Part shown: in pieces, positions 20,297 through 31,048 of the stretch
How positions within the stretch are numbered: the stretch's first letter is position 1
Layout of the letters: every line of letters begins with the position of its first letter
Virus record (IMG/VR): IMGVR_UViG_3300023199_000204
Location: 248,001-312,000 of that record
Length of the DNA: 64,000 nucleotides
Strand: one strand, 5' to 3'
Notes under the pieces: model-generated
Database searches by the model: none
What the model was told of the DNA's origin: nothing
What the model saw: the letters and a program-made list of their open reading frames with translations, nothing else
Program-made: the position numbers and the translations under genes

Positions 20297-20964
20297 TTGT
20301 TTAAAAGGAGAGACTTATGTTTAGAAAGTTTAGAAGCATAGTTTTGATATTTTTTATTCCATTCGTTCTGATTTTTGAAGGATTACGAAAAGTTTTAAAA
20401 CATTTGAGAAGATTTCTTTCTTTACTTGGACACGAAAGAATAATTAGTCATTATAAAAGAAGCAAGTTTAATCCATATGAAGAAGCCAATAAGATGGGAT
20501 ATTATATATGCTTAGATCCTTATGAAGCAGAAAAATATATAACAATTCCATTACCAAATCCTAGTAGTATTAATGATGTTAAATCATATTGGGCTAAAAG
20601 TTTTATAGATTATCCAAAAGAAAGAGCACCTAAGGGCAAACAATGGAAACTTTTTACTGGAAAAAATGAAGGTGTTAATTTTGCTGATGGAATGCCAGAA
20701 TGGAGATTAGTTGATGAAAGTAATTAATTCAGGATATTTAAAATATATTCAAAACTTTTATAATTATTTGTCTAAAATAAGGGCAAAAAGTGTAGATGTT
20801 AGTGGATCAGTTTATAAAGAAATTCGAAATCATTTAGTTGATGTTTTTAATCCCTGTTCTTCATTATCGATAATCAGAAAACATTCGGACCCTACACGCA
20901 TTTTTGTTGGTCATTTAATTTTAGAAAATAATGAGGCCGCGGAGTTTTATGTTAAAAGGAAAAA

Positions 20965-22131
20965 ATGAAATATATAATATTAAGTGATCTTCATTTAGGG
21001 CACAAAGGGATCCAGAATAATGGATTTGTATCTTTACTTTCTAATATTCCAGAGGGTGCGGATGGATATGGCAAGAGTAAGTTAGACAGTTTTTCTACAG
21101 CCATAAAAGATTTTTGTGGAGAAGATAAAGCAGTTTTGATTTTAAATGGTGATTTATTAGAGCTTTCATTAGCGACAATGAGAGATGCTCTTGACAGCTT
21201 TTTAGATGTGATTGCTACAATAAAAGACAATGTAAGTAAAATAATATTAATTGTTGGAAATCACGATCATCATATTTGGTCTTTACATTCAGAGTATAGC
21301 AGGTCATTAAATCATTTACTTTCTGGAGATTTGCCAGCAGTGGGGACGGCTTATAGGACAACGATATTTGCTGAGAAAGCACATCTTTTAGATCCGCTTA
21401 TTAAAAAACAAATTGACGAAAACATTGACTTTAAAGTATCATATCCTTCTTTACGGCTCCATTTAAATAATGGAGATGAACCAGTTTATTGTTATATTAC
21501 ACACGGTCATTTATTGAGTGGATTATATAATTTAACTTCAAGAATACTAAAACCTTTTGCTATTGGTAGAGAAACAGAATATACAATTGCCGAAGTTAAT
21601 TCTGCCTTAATTGAGTTTATGTATTGGTCAGCAGGAGAAATGGGCGATGGGATGGGAGTTGATGGGATCCTTGAGGCAATGTACACGGACTTAGAAAAGG
21701 GAAAGAGTTCTAAAATGAAGGAACTTCTTGTTAATTTATCTAATACATTGTTTCCAGATGGAGTTTTATCGTTTGTCCCAGATGTTTTGGAAAGAAAAAT
21801 ATTTAGTTGGCTAGCAGAAAAGATGTCCAAGAAACTATCAAAGGATAGAGATAAGCCCATATCCTCAGTTGATAGATACGCTTCTTTGGAAGATACTAGA
21901 AATTACGTTAATGATTGGACTAACAATGTTGTTGATTTATCACCTCCATATAAAAGAATGATTTTTGTTTCTGGTCATACGCATCGTGCTGACGAGTTTA
22001 ATATTAATGAAACTGTTAAATATTATAACACTGGATCGTGGTTATTAGAGCCAGCCCATCCTGAACCAGAGTCAAGACTCCTTTTTATAGAGGACGGAGA
22101 AGAACTGAAAATTGAGTTTAAGGTAATATAA
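20965..22131 (+). CDS. calcineurin-like metallophosphoesterase
   Basis: SDLHLG, NGDLLE, GNHDH, THGH, GHTH, NTGSW. Confidence 0.9.
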   Translation: MKYIILSDLHLGHKGIQNNGFVSLLSNIPEGADGYGKSKLDSFSTAIKDFCGEDKAVLILNGDLLELSLATMRDALDSFLDVIATIKDNVSKIILIVGNHDHHIWSLHSEYSRSLNHLLSGDLPAVGTAYRTTIFAEKAHLLDPLIKKQIDENIDFKVSYPSLRLHLNNGDEPVYCYITHGHLLSGLYNLTSRILKPFAIGRETEYTIAEVNSALIEFMYWSAGEMGDGMGVDGILEAMYTDLEKGKSSKMKELLVNLSNTLFPDGVLSFVPDVLERKIFSWLAEKMSKKLSKDRDKPISSVDRYASLEDTRNYVNDWTNNVVDLSPPYKRMIFVSGHTHRADEFNINETVKYYNTGSWLLEPAHPEPESRLLFIEDGEELKIEFKVI

Positions 22132-22904
22132 AATGAACAACTTTGATTATAAAAAAGCGTTTGAGTGGATATTAAAGCACGGAGCATATATTAAACTTCC
22201 CTATAAAGAAGAACTTGATGACTGGTATAGAGAGATTGGATGTCCAACTTTAGGAATAATAAATGGAAAATATACTGTTAGATCTATTAGAAATATGTAT
22301 GGAAAGAATTTTGATTCATTGAAAGAGGCATTAGAAGAGTTTATTCCTAATTGTGATAATATAGGTGCTATACAATGCTATACTGAAAATGAGTTAGGGA
22401 TTAACTCTGAAGAAAATTGGGATGAAATGGTAGAGGCAATTAAAAAAGAAAAAGAAAAAAGAGATGCTAACAAAAGCAGAAATGATGATTGTTAGGAAAT
22501 ATAATATTGGAGTAATATGGGACACTGGTGCTACGAAATAGTAGATAATTATAATGCTTTAATAGCAAGGTGCGAAGATATATTTTGGTTTTGGTTGAGC
22601 AAAAAAATGTATCTTGATATAGATGAAAAAGATTATTATTGTGCTCATATAAATATTTCTTTTGATAAAAATAATGATTTAATCAAATGTGAGTATAAAG
22701 GAAAAAGATGGGAGTTCCCATCATCTTATATAGATAATGATAAATGGATGACTGAATTAGAATTTCAAATAAAAGAAGAAAATATTGAAGAACAAATTGT
22801 AAATATTAAAAATCGCTTTGCTAATGAAAATGAAGAAAAGAAACTTTATTTAAAATTAAAAGAGAAATATGAATGATAGATATAAGAAAGTAAATAACAA
22901 AATA

Positions 22905-22977
22905 GGGGATGTAGTTTAGTTGGGAAAACCTCTGATTTGCGATCAGAAGAGCGTCGGTTCGAGTCCGACCATCTCCA
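22905..22977 (+). tRNA. tRNA-Ala(UGC)
   Basis: GGGGATG/CATCTCC with G3:U70, TCTGA-TTTGCGA-TCAGA. Confidence 0.9.
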
Positions 22978-23008
22978 ATAATTTCAAATTTATTAGGAGG
23001 ATAGGAAT

Positions 23009-23325
23009 ATGCGAAAAGCAAAAAGAAAAGTTTTTTAAAAATATCTGGAAAGACGACAGACGGAAAGTTAGTATATAGTGGTCTTTATGAACTTAGGAAT
23101 ACTTACGGAATTCCATTAGATATAAGTATTCCATTTATTCACGATAATGATGGAATTCCAGACTGGTTTAATATATATGAAGAGGCTTTAAAATATAACC
23201 TTCCATATGATAGATTAAGAAATAATTTAAGTGTTATAATAGTTGATCTATATAGTGAAGACATATGTAATTCAATATTATTTAAACTTGATAAAGTTAA
23301 TGAAATTGGATTAGTTAAAATAAAA
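23009..23325 (+). pseudogene. frameshifted small ORF with AlaRS-like LRNTYGIPLD motif between two tRNA-Ala genes
   Basis: ATG 23009 with RBS AGGAGG is out of frame with the open frame from about 23032 (FLKISGKTTDGKLVYSGLYELRNTYGIPLDISIP...). Confidence 0.5.
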
Positions 23326-23399
23326 GGGGCTGTAGCTCAATTGGGAGATCAACTCTCTGGCAGAGAGAAGGTTTGTGAGTTCGAGTCTCATCAGCTCCA
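23326..23399 (+). tRNA. tRNA-Ala(GGC)
   Basis: GGGGCTG/CAGCTCC with G3:U70, loop CT-GGC-AG. Confidence 0.82.
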
Positions 23400-25405
23400 A
23401 AAGGACGATTATGGATAAAGAAGAACTTAATAAAAAAAGAGAAAATTTAATGCTAGAAATTAGAGCTATGGAAAAGGAAATAGCATTACTTGCTTGTTAT
23501 TTTTACGATAGCCTTTCTAAAAAAGAAGCTAGAAAAAGACCAGAGCTAAAATATCTTTTATGGCAACAAGTAGATGACTTCCAAAGTACTTTAAAAGAAA
23601 TGGAAAAGCTCGATGACATAACATCTAAAAGGATACTTAATGAAAGTTTTAAACACTAATCAAAATACTCCCTTTAACCTTCTCCAAAGGGGAGTTGTAA
23701 AATATCTAGGAAAATTCCCACCACCTGAAAATATAAAAAAAGACAGATATAAAGCCATTTGTTTGTGGAGATACGGACTTGAACTTCAATATGTTGCTAT
23801 TAGAAAAAATGAAAATAATCCTAAATTATGGGTAGTAACCGTTGCCTCTAGAAAAAAAGATTTGGAAAAAGCAATATTTTGGGGACCAATGACACCAGAA
23901 CAAATTGTTGATATTCTTGGCGACACGATTAAAGTTCAAGAAAATTCAACAACTCAAGTTTTATCGATGCTTAAATAAGGAGATTTTTATGGGCGTTTTG
24001 TCTTGTGAAAGAAGAGGCTGTGATAATGTAATGTGTGATCATATAGTTACAGTTTCTCCTAAAGAATATTATCACACAGAAAGCAGATATATGAGCCGAT
24101 ATATTTGTGATGAATGTCTTTCATTATTTCTTGATATTAAGAATCAATTAAGTGCTAATGCTACGGAAGAAGAAGTGTGTATAGCGATAGACAACTTCTT
24201 TGATAATGGTAATTACATTTCTGGTGGAACTGGAAGCAATGTTTTTGCTGAAATTGTTAAAGTAACGAGGAGTTAAAAAGTAGGTAGTTTTATTAAAAAG
24301 GTGATTACAATGAACTTTGATATTAAAGATGAGTTTTATTTTAAAGAAGAACCAGATGAGTTATATAAAGTTGTTGGCTTTTGTTCCTTTCTATCTGGCG
24401 AAGAGGCAGGAGTATATGTAATATATAAATGTATTAATTCTCACGTTTTAAATAAAATTAATGAAACCTTCCGCGAAGAGTATAAAACCTTAGAGTATAA
24501 GGTAATCAAACTGTGAATAAAATATATATAATTACCAGCCTCTCTTTAAAAAAATCAAGAGAAGAGGCAGAGCATTTGTGCCCTCAAGGCTGGCACTATA
24601 ATCTTGAGGACGCTATAAAGTTAGTAGAGGAGCTTGATAGCGAGGCAGGATGGTTTTCTCATATTGTTATAGAAGAGTTAAAGGAGGGCTTGAATCTACA
24701 ATCTTTTACTGGTAAAGATGAAGTTTGGTTTGAGTTTTGTGAGGGAGAGGAATTTAAGAAGAAAAAAGTTGTGCGACCAGAGGAATTGAAAATGTATAAT
24801 CTTCACGGAATTCATGGGCTATATGGCCCAAGTATAAAGGAAAGGAAAAAAAATGGATCATAATTGTACTGGAGAAGATTGTATATTTTGTCCACGAACG
24901 GATGAAGAAATTAAAAATATTTCAGAAAAAATAAAAGAAAGGGAAGAAGAAAGAAAGAAAGAGATTGAAAAATTCAATATAGAGATTGAAGAGAAAGCAG
25001 TTGCCGACGCCAAAGAATTATTTATAAAATATTGTTTTTCAGCAAAAAATGTTGAAGTTTTGTATTTTCCAAAAAGCATTACTCCTCACCTTCGTGTTGG
25101 CGGTCATAGCACTTCTTATAATGCTGGGCTCAATATTATAACAAAAATAAATGTTCATTCCCATAATACTGGAATTAATTTAATTAAATTTAATGGATTT
25201 GTTAATATAGTATCTGGTGATATGTTTTATGCTCATTTTAATAAATCAAAAATTGAGTACAAGAAAGACATTTATCTTTGGAAAGATAAACCATATAAAA
25301 AGCAATATATTATTGAAATAGATTTCAAAGCAGAAGAGACTGCTTTTCAAATAGATAAAATTAATGATTATAAACAAACAATAGCAACCTACAAAACTTT
25401 ATAAT

Positions 25406-25852
25406 ATGGAAGAAAAAGTAAAAATTATTTGGGGGAAGTCAAAACATCTATCTCTAAAGAAAAAAAAGAAATTAGAAGAAGTAAAAAAGATGTTTGTAAT
25501 ATGGAAAGAGACTTTATGTCTTCATCCAGATGATGAGATTCATATTAAATATGTTGGAAAGAAAAAATTTAAGATGCGAGTTAATTATAAATTGGCTGAA
25601 TATAAAAGATATATTTTAGAAGTTTCTAAGTCTTGCTTAAAAGATAAGAGAGATTTTAAAAGAGAAGCTGATGTTATTCACGAGACAGTTCATATAGTAA
25701 TATATCCATATACTGAGTTAGCAGAAAATTTTACTGAGATGGTAAAGGGAGAGAAGGGGGAGATTTTAAAAGAACTTCTTGTGAAGGCTGAAGAAAGTGT
25801 GGTTTCTAGGCTAGAATTAGCATTGGCAAGAATGGTAGGAATTCAAATTTAA
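25406..25852 (+). CDS. hypothetical protein with HExxH motif
   Basis: VIHETVH. Confidence 0.5.
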   Translation: MEEKVKIIWGKSKHLSLKKKKKLEEVKKMFVIWKETLCLHPDDEIHIKYVGKKKFKMRVNYKLAEYKRYILEVSKSCLKDKRDFKREADVIHETVHIVIYPYTELAENFTEMVKGEKGEILKELLVKAEESVVSRLELALARMVGIQI

Positions 25853-25853
25853 A

Positions 25854-26942
25854 ATGAAACTTAAAAAATCTGGTCTCCCTGAAATTTACAAAAACATAAT
25901 AAAAGAGAAAAATTTCATATACTTGTTGGTATTTTTATTTATGTTTGGCGGTATTATATTTAAAATACCAATAATAGCGGGTTGGTTTGGATTTATATTG
26001 GCAAGTTATTCTGTCGTTTCCAATGATAGTATTCAAACAATAGGCACATTCTTAGCGTCTAACAGGAGTAAAAATTGGATTATATTATGGGTATATATAG
26101 GATTAATATTTTTATTAACAACAACCTATAGTTGGTTAATATATTCTGGAGATGTTTCATATGGGAGACTTGCTTCAAAAGGGTTTGAGAATAGTCCAAC
26201 TAGTTTTAATTACTTACAAGTTGTAGCTCCATTATTTTTGCTTATATTAACTAAACTTAAAATGCCAGTATCAACTACTTTTTTAATACTAAGTAGTTTT
26301 GCGACTACTGGAAGTAGCATAGGTAAAATTCTATTTAAAAGTGTTTCAGGTTATTTTCTAGCATTTTCAGTTGCGTTAATTATCTGGCTCTTTATTCACT
26401 CCTATATTAAAAAGGCTATAAAAAAAAAGAAAAAAGCAAGTTCTGTGTGGAGAATATTTCAATGGCTCACTTCTGGAACGTTGTGGTCAATTTGGCTGAT
26501 GCAAGATGCGGCAAATATTGCGGTATACCTACCTAGAGAAATGAGTTTATTAACATTCGGTTTGTTTTGCTCTATAATAATAGCAGGTCTTGGAATTTTG
26601 ATGTATTATAGAGGTGGGAAAATTCAAACCATAATTCTTGAAAAGAGTTATGTTGAGGATGTTAGACCAGCAACTATAATAGATGTTATATATTCAGGAA
26701 TTCTTTTTTATTTTAAAATGATTAACAAAATACCATTAAGTACTACTTGGGTTTTTGTTGGATTTTTAGGTGGAAGGGAATTAGCAATTAATATTATGTC
26801 CAAAGAAAAAAAGAGAAATTATAAAAAAGTTGGTAGGATGTTGGCGAGAGATATAACATATTTAATTATAGGATTGCTAGTGTCCTTAATACTTTCAATA
26901 TCAATAAATCCTATAATTAGAAAATCCATACTAGGATTTTAG
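25854..26942 (+). CDS. multi-pass membrane protein, PiT/PHO4-like transporter
   Basis: About 10 TM segments; duplicated NDxxxxIG / QDAANIA and PVSTT / PLSTT motifs. Confidence 0.6.
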   Translation: MKLKKSGLPEIYKNIIKEKNFIYLLVFLFMFGGIIFKIPIIAGWFGFILASYSVVSNDSIQTIGTFLASNRSKNWIILWVYIGLIFLLTTTYSWLIYSGDVSYGRLASKGFENSPTSFNYLQVVAPLFLLILTKLKMPVSTTFLILSSFATTGSSIGKILFKSVSGYFLAFSVALIIWLFIHSYIKKAIKKKKKASSVWRIFQWLTSGTLWSIWLMQDAANIAVYLPREMSLLTFGLFCSIIIAGLGILMYYRGGKIQTIILEKSYVEDVRPATIIDVIYSGILFYFKMINKIPLSTTWVFVGFLGGRELAINIMSKEKKRNYKKVGRMLARDITYLIIGLLVSLILSISINPIIRKSILGF

Positions 26943-26950
26943 GAGAAGCT

Positions 26951-27241
26951 GTGTCGCGAATATTAATGATTTTAGGAATTATTACGCTAGCTACAGCGTG
27001 TGGGTTTTTTGGTCAGATTGAAAAAGTAAGTATTAAAAATAAGGTAGGAGTGGAATTTAGAAATGTTTCTACTACTGATAGTAATGAAAGATATAGTTTA
27101 GGAACAGGAATCGATATAAAATCAACAACTGGATACGGAGCAAACATCTTTTATAGATTTAGAGACACAAATTGGAGTGTTTTTGAACAAGAGCACGGGG
27201 TGTTTTTTGGATTTAATGTTCCTTTGTATAAGAAAAAGTAG
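26951..27241 (+). CDS. putative lipoprotein with beta-strand character
   Basis: LATA-C lipobox; alternating aromatic residues. Confidence 0.5.
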   Translation: MSRILMILGIITLATACGFFGQIEKVSIKNKVGVEFRNVSTTDSNERYSLGTGIDIKSTTGYGANIFYRFRDTNWSVFEQEHGVFFGFNVPLYKKK

Positions 27242-28844
27242 GTAATTAAATGAAGAAAGCTTCAGGATTATATGATGTTAATACAATTATTAATATATCA
27301 TCAGAAAATTTAATGAATGACGGATTTGAAGAGTGGGTGCCCTCTCGCCCAATTGGAACATTTGGTTTCTTGTCGAGATGTAAAAAAGCTTGGATGGTTT
27401 TTACAGGGAAGGCAGATGCTCTTATATGGCCTAAAGGACAGTGATGAGAAAGATTAATAAAGTTTGCGGTAGCATTTTAAAACAGTTAGAAATACCAGAT
27501 AATCTTGAATATTGTTGTGAATTTATAGAGCAACAACTTAATTATGATTGTAAGCAGCACGGTTCGGGATGTCCAGATATAGGAATTAGATTAACAAAGA
27601 ATATTGAATTAATGCTTATAGCACCAAATGCTGAGTATATATGTAATTATTGTCCAAGTTGTGGAAAAAAATGGTCTAAGGAGAGATAATGTTTTATGAT
27701 TTTAGGCAGAATAATTCTGGAGGTTCTTTTAAAGTAACTGATAGTGTTGGACATTATGTAATAATAGAAGCTGATAATGCTCAAGAAGCTAACGAAAAAG
27801 CAGAGCAAGTGGGCATATATTTTGATGGTTGTTCAACTGGAAAAGATTGTAATTGTTGTGGAGACAGATGGTATCCACAATGGGATTCCGATGGTAGTGA
27901 AGAACCATCCATTTATGGAGAAAATATAGAAGAATATAAGAATTCAATAAGATATTCTGTTTCAGATGAAGAAGTAATTTTTGTTTACTATAAAGGCGGA
28001 CACTCTAAAAAAATAGTCATTGATGTTAAATCAGAAAAATAAAAGACCGAAAAGGCTTTAAGAGATGAGGCAGATAAAACTTGGGCAGCTTTTGCTGGGA
28101 TAAGCTATTGTTATAAAAATCCTGAAAGAATGTATCAAGCTGATTTTTACGATAAATATTATGATGAGTCAGGCAATAGAAGTATTGAGAAAAAAGGACT
28201 TGTAGTTAATAATGATTATAATTATCTCACATTTTCTTCTGATAATAAAGAAGAAGTGGAAGATTTTATAAAAGGGTATAGAACATATGCTGAGGCAGTT
28301 AGAGAGGCTATAATTAATTTATCAGATTTGAACAGAGATGAGTTCAGTAGCAAGGGAGAGAAAGCTTTAAAGGATATGCTTTTGAATGCACTGAAAAATG
28401 TAATGTCGACATATTCATAATATAAAAACTAAGAGCTGGTATGAAAAGATACAATATAAAAAAACAATTAGCTTACTATGAAATTTCATTTTTAAACAAC
28501 AAGAATCTTAATGATTTGATAAATGAATTCAATTCATTAAAAAAGAAGTTCGGAAGAAAATGGAATCTTTCAATCAAGTTGGAAGACTCTTATGATAGTT
28601 ATGAGTCCGAGCCTTCATATAATAGCTTTTGCGTTTATGGTGAAAGATTAGAAACTATAAAAGAAGCAAAGAAGAGAATTAAAGAGGAAGAGGAATATAA
28701 AGCTTTAAGAAAAGAGCAAGCAAGGGCTCGGGCAAAGGAAAGAATAAAGGCTGAAAAGGAAACTTATTTAAGACTTAGGAAAAAATTTGAAAAAAAAAAT
28801 CTTAATTTATATTAATAATAATATATTAGGACAGGAATATAATT

Positions 28845-28931
28845 ATGTCTATATTTAATTTACGCTTGAAATTAAAATCTATCCAAATTACTGATCAAGT
28901 TGATCAGAAGGATAGATGTGTGCGCCAATAT
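28845..28931 (+). CDS. leader peptide 2 (MSIFNLRLKLKSIQITDQVDQKDRCVRQ)
   Basis: 28-codon ORF after TATATTAGGACAGGA; shares MxxFNLxL start with leader 1. Confidence 0.65.
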
Positions 28932-28950
28932 AATACCACAAATATTGGAG

Positions 28951-29029
28951 GCTCAAGCGTATAAGACATTAATATTATTAGATGTTTTATCAAGCCGCTT
29001 GGGTCAAAAGCCCTGGCGGCTTTTTTATT
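28951..29029 (+). terminator. attenuator 2: intrinsic terminator 28992-29026 with competing antiterminator 28951-28960/28996-29005
   Basis: AAGCCGC...GCGGCTT plus T run; GGCTCAAGCG pairs over 10 bp with CGCTTGGGTC. Confidence 0.78.
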
Positions 29030-29101
29030 GACGTGCTCCTTGGGACTGAGGGTTAGGCTCTGCAAAAGCTTGAATTTGGGGTTCAACTCCCCAGCACGTC
29101 T
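29030..29101 (+). tRNA. tRNA-Cys(GCA)
   Basis: GACGTGC/GCACGTC, AGGCT-CTGCAAA-AGCTT. Confidence 0.88.
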
Positions 29102-29115
29102 TGGAAATAAAATAA

Positions 29116-29248
29116 GGATGCGTTGAGCAGTGCGGTGAGCTTGGCGGGCTGTGGGGATTGATTAAATGGTAATTTTAATGAGTTCGATTCTCACATTCCC
29201 AAAACCCCGTGGTCTTCGGGCTTGTAGGTTCGATTCCTACCGCATCCA
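29116..29248 (+). tRNA. tRNA-Tyr(GUA) interrupted in the anticodon by a ~50-nt tRNA-like insert
   Basis: GGATGCG/CGCATCC-A, long variable arm with TTCG loop; removing 29153-29202 gives GCGGG-CTGTAAC-CCCGT. Confidence 0.75.
29153..29202 (+). ncRNA. nested minimal tRNA-like element (acceptor + one hairpin + T arm, no anticodon arm)
   Basis: (T)GGGGAT/ATTCCC(A); ATTAA..TTAAT hairpin; TGAG-TTCGATT-CTCA. Confidence 0.7.
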
Positions 29249-29599
29249 ATAGGAGAAAGAAAATTAATTTAGGAAGCATTTTAGATGACTATAATAAATT
29301 TTATAGTAGGATATTAAGTTATTTTAATATAAATTATTTAAGTGGAGATATATCAGACTCCAGAGAGTATTACTGGTTTAATGATTATGATTCACTTTAT
29401 TTCTTTTCAAAAAAAACCAAAATATAAAACTGTATATGAAAAAGGACCAGAATATAAAAGTACGATAAGTTCTTATCACGGAGTAGGCGTAGTAAATGGT
29501 GGAGATTTGACACTTGTTCAAGTTATTGATGACTGCGGAGGTGGTGATATAGCTATGATTCTCGATAATAAAAAGAAAATAACAGATGAGAAAATTATA

Positions 29600-29985
29600 G
29601 AATTAGTTGAAGAATTTTAGGTAGAGAGGATGATAAAAGGATTTCGTGAATATGGCTACAATACGGAAATAAAAAATATAAAAGAGGTGGTTTTTGAAGA
29701 TTTTAAGGTAAGGGAAGAGGACAGGGAAGGTGTTAATATATTATTTGCTGTATATAGACACCCACCTTATTGAAGGATATGCTCTCGTTTTCTTTGAAAA
29801 AAATGGGAAGTTATATGAGGTTCAAAGCTCTCACTGTTCTTGTAGGGGACTTGAGGAGCAGTGGTCCCCATAAGAAACTAACTATGAGACTGTAAAATTT
29901 AGAATTAAGGGCAATAGCTATTGGGGTTGGGATGAATATTCAAATGATATTCTTAAGATTTTAAAAGAAAGGTTTGGTATTATGA
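29600..29985 (+). pseudogene. disrupted hypothetical ORF (..GKLYEVQSSHCSCRGLEEQWSP*ET..)
   Basis: Frameshift near 29770 and in-frame TAA at 29871; boundaries approximate. Confidence 0.4.
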
Positions 29986-30280
29986 AACAAAAAGATTGGA
30001 CGCTTGAGCAAGAGTATTTTAGTTGGAAAAGATGGGATCAATGTGATACACTATCAGTAATTTTTTACGAGGTTCAGTTTAAGAAAAGCTTTGGCGTGTT
30101 TAGTAAAGGAGAGGAATTCGGAAGCATTATGCTTTCTTATAAAGATGGAATTATTGAAGCTTATTAAAAAGATGGAGAAGAAGTTTTAAAGACTCAAAAA
30201 TTTAGATTACAACCATTTATGGAACAATAATCAACATCATTTGTTTTCTAGGATATAGTGATTTAATTTAATAGGAAAAA

Positions 30281-30352
30281 TCCGGGTTAGTGAAATGGCA
30301 TCATCGCACGGCTGTTAACCGTGAATTAGAGGTTCGAGTCCTCTACCCGGAG
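30281..30352 (+). tRNA. tRNA-Asn(GUU)
   Basis: TCCGGGT/ACCCGGA, CACGG-CTGTTAA-CCGTG. Confidence 0.92.
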
Positions 30353-31048
30353 ATAAGGAGAAAGGAATGTCTAATAAATAAAAAAGAAGTTCTAGAGGTG
30401 TTAGAAAGGTATGAAGAGATTAAAAGTGAAATTAAAGGAACATTCTTAATTTATGCTAAATATTGTGGTATTTAAGTTTCAGAAATAGTTCATATTGAGG
30501 TAAACGAAAGTGAGGTTGAAGTAGAATACACTGAGCCAGGCGGATGTAGCTGTTGCTATACTAGTAGATACTCTACTTTTCCTATTAGTTATTTATGGGA
30601 AGAGAATTGGATTGAAAAGCTAAAAGCTAAGCATCAAGTGGAATTAGCCGAAAAAATTAAAAAGAAAGAAGAGGAAAAAGAAAGAAGAGAAAGAGAGCAA
30701 CTAGAGCTGGATAAAAAGCTTTATAAAAGATTAAAAGAAAAATTCGGCTAAAATAATCTTAGAGGCAGATTCCACTGGGTGAGTTAATAAGGAAAGTAAA
30801 ATAATGAATTTCGCAAAATGGTTTAGAGAACAGCAAAAAGACGCTAAGGCTGTAATTAATTTAACAAAACTTGATGTCAGAGATGAGCCTTGTCTTACCC
30901 TAAAGGGCAATAATAAATATAAAGTTTTGATAACACAAAATACATTTATTTCGAATGTATGTGGAATTTTCGTTGAAGATGTAAATTATGTATTAATGGA
31001 GGCACAAAATGAAGAAACGAAAACGTAAATAAAAATCAGGCAAACTAT

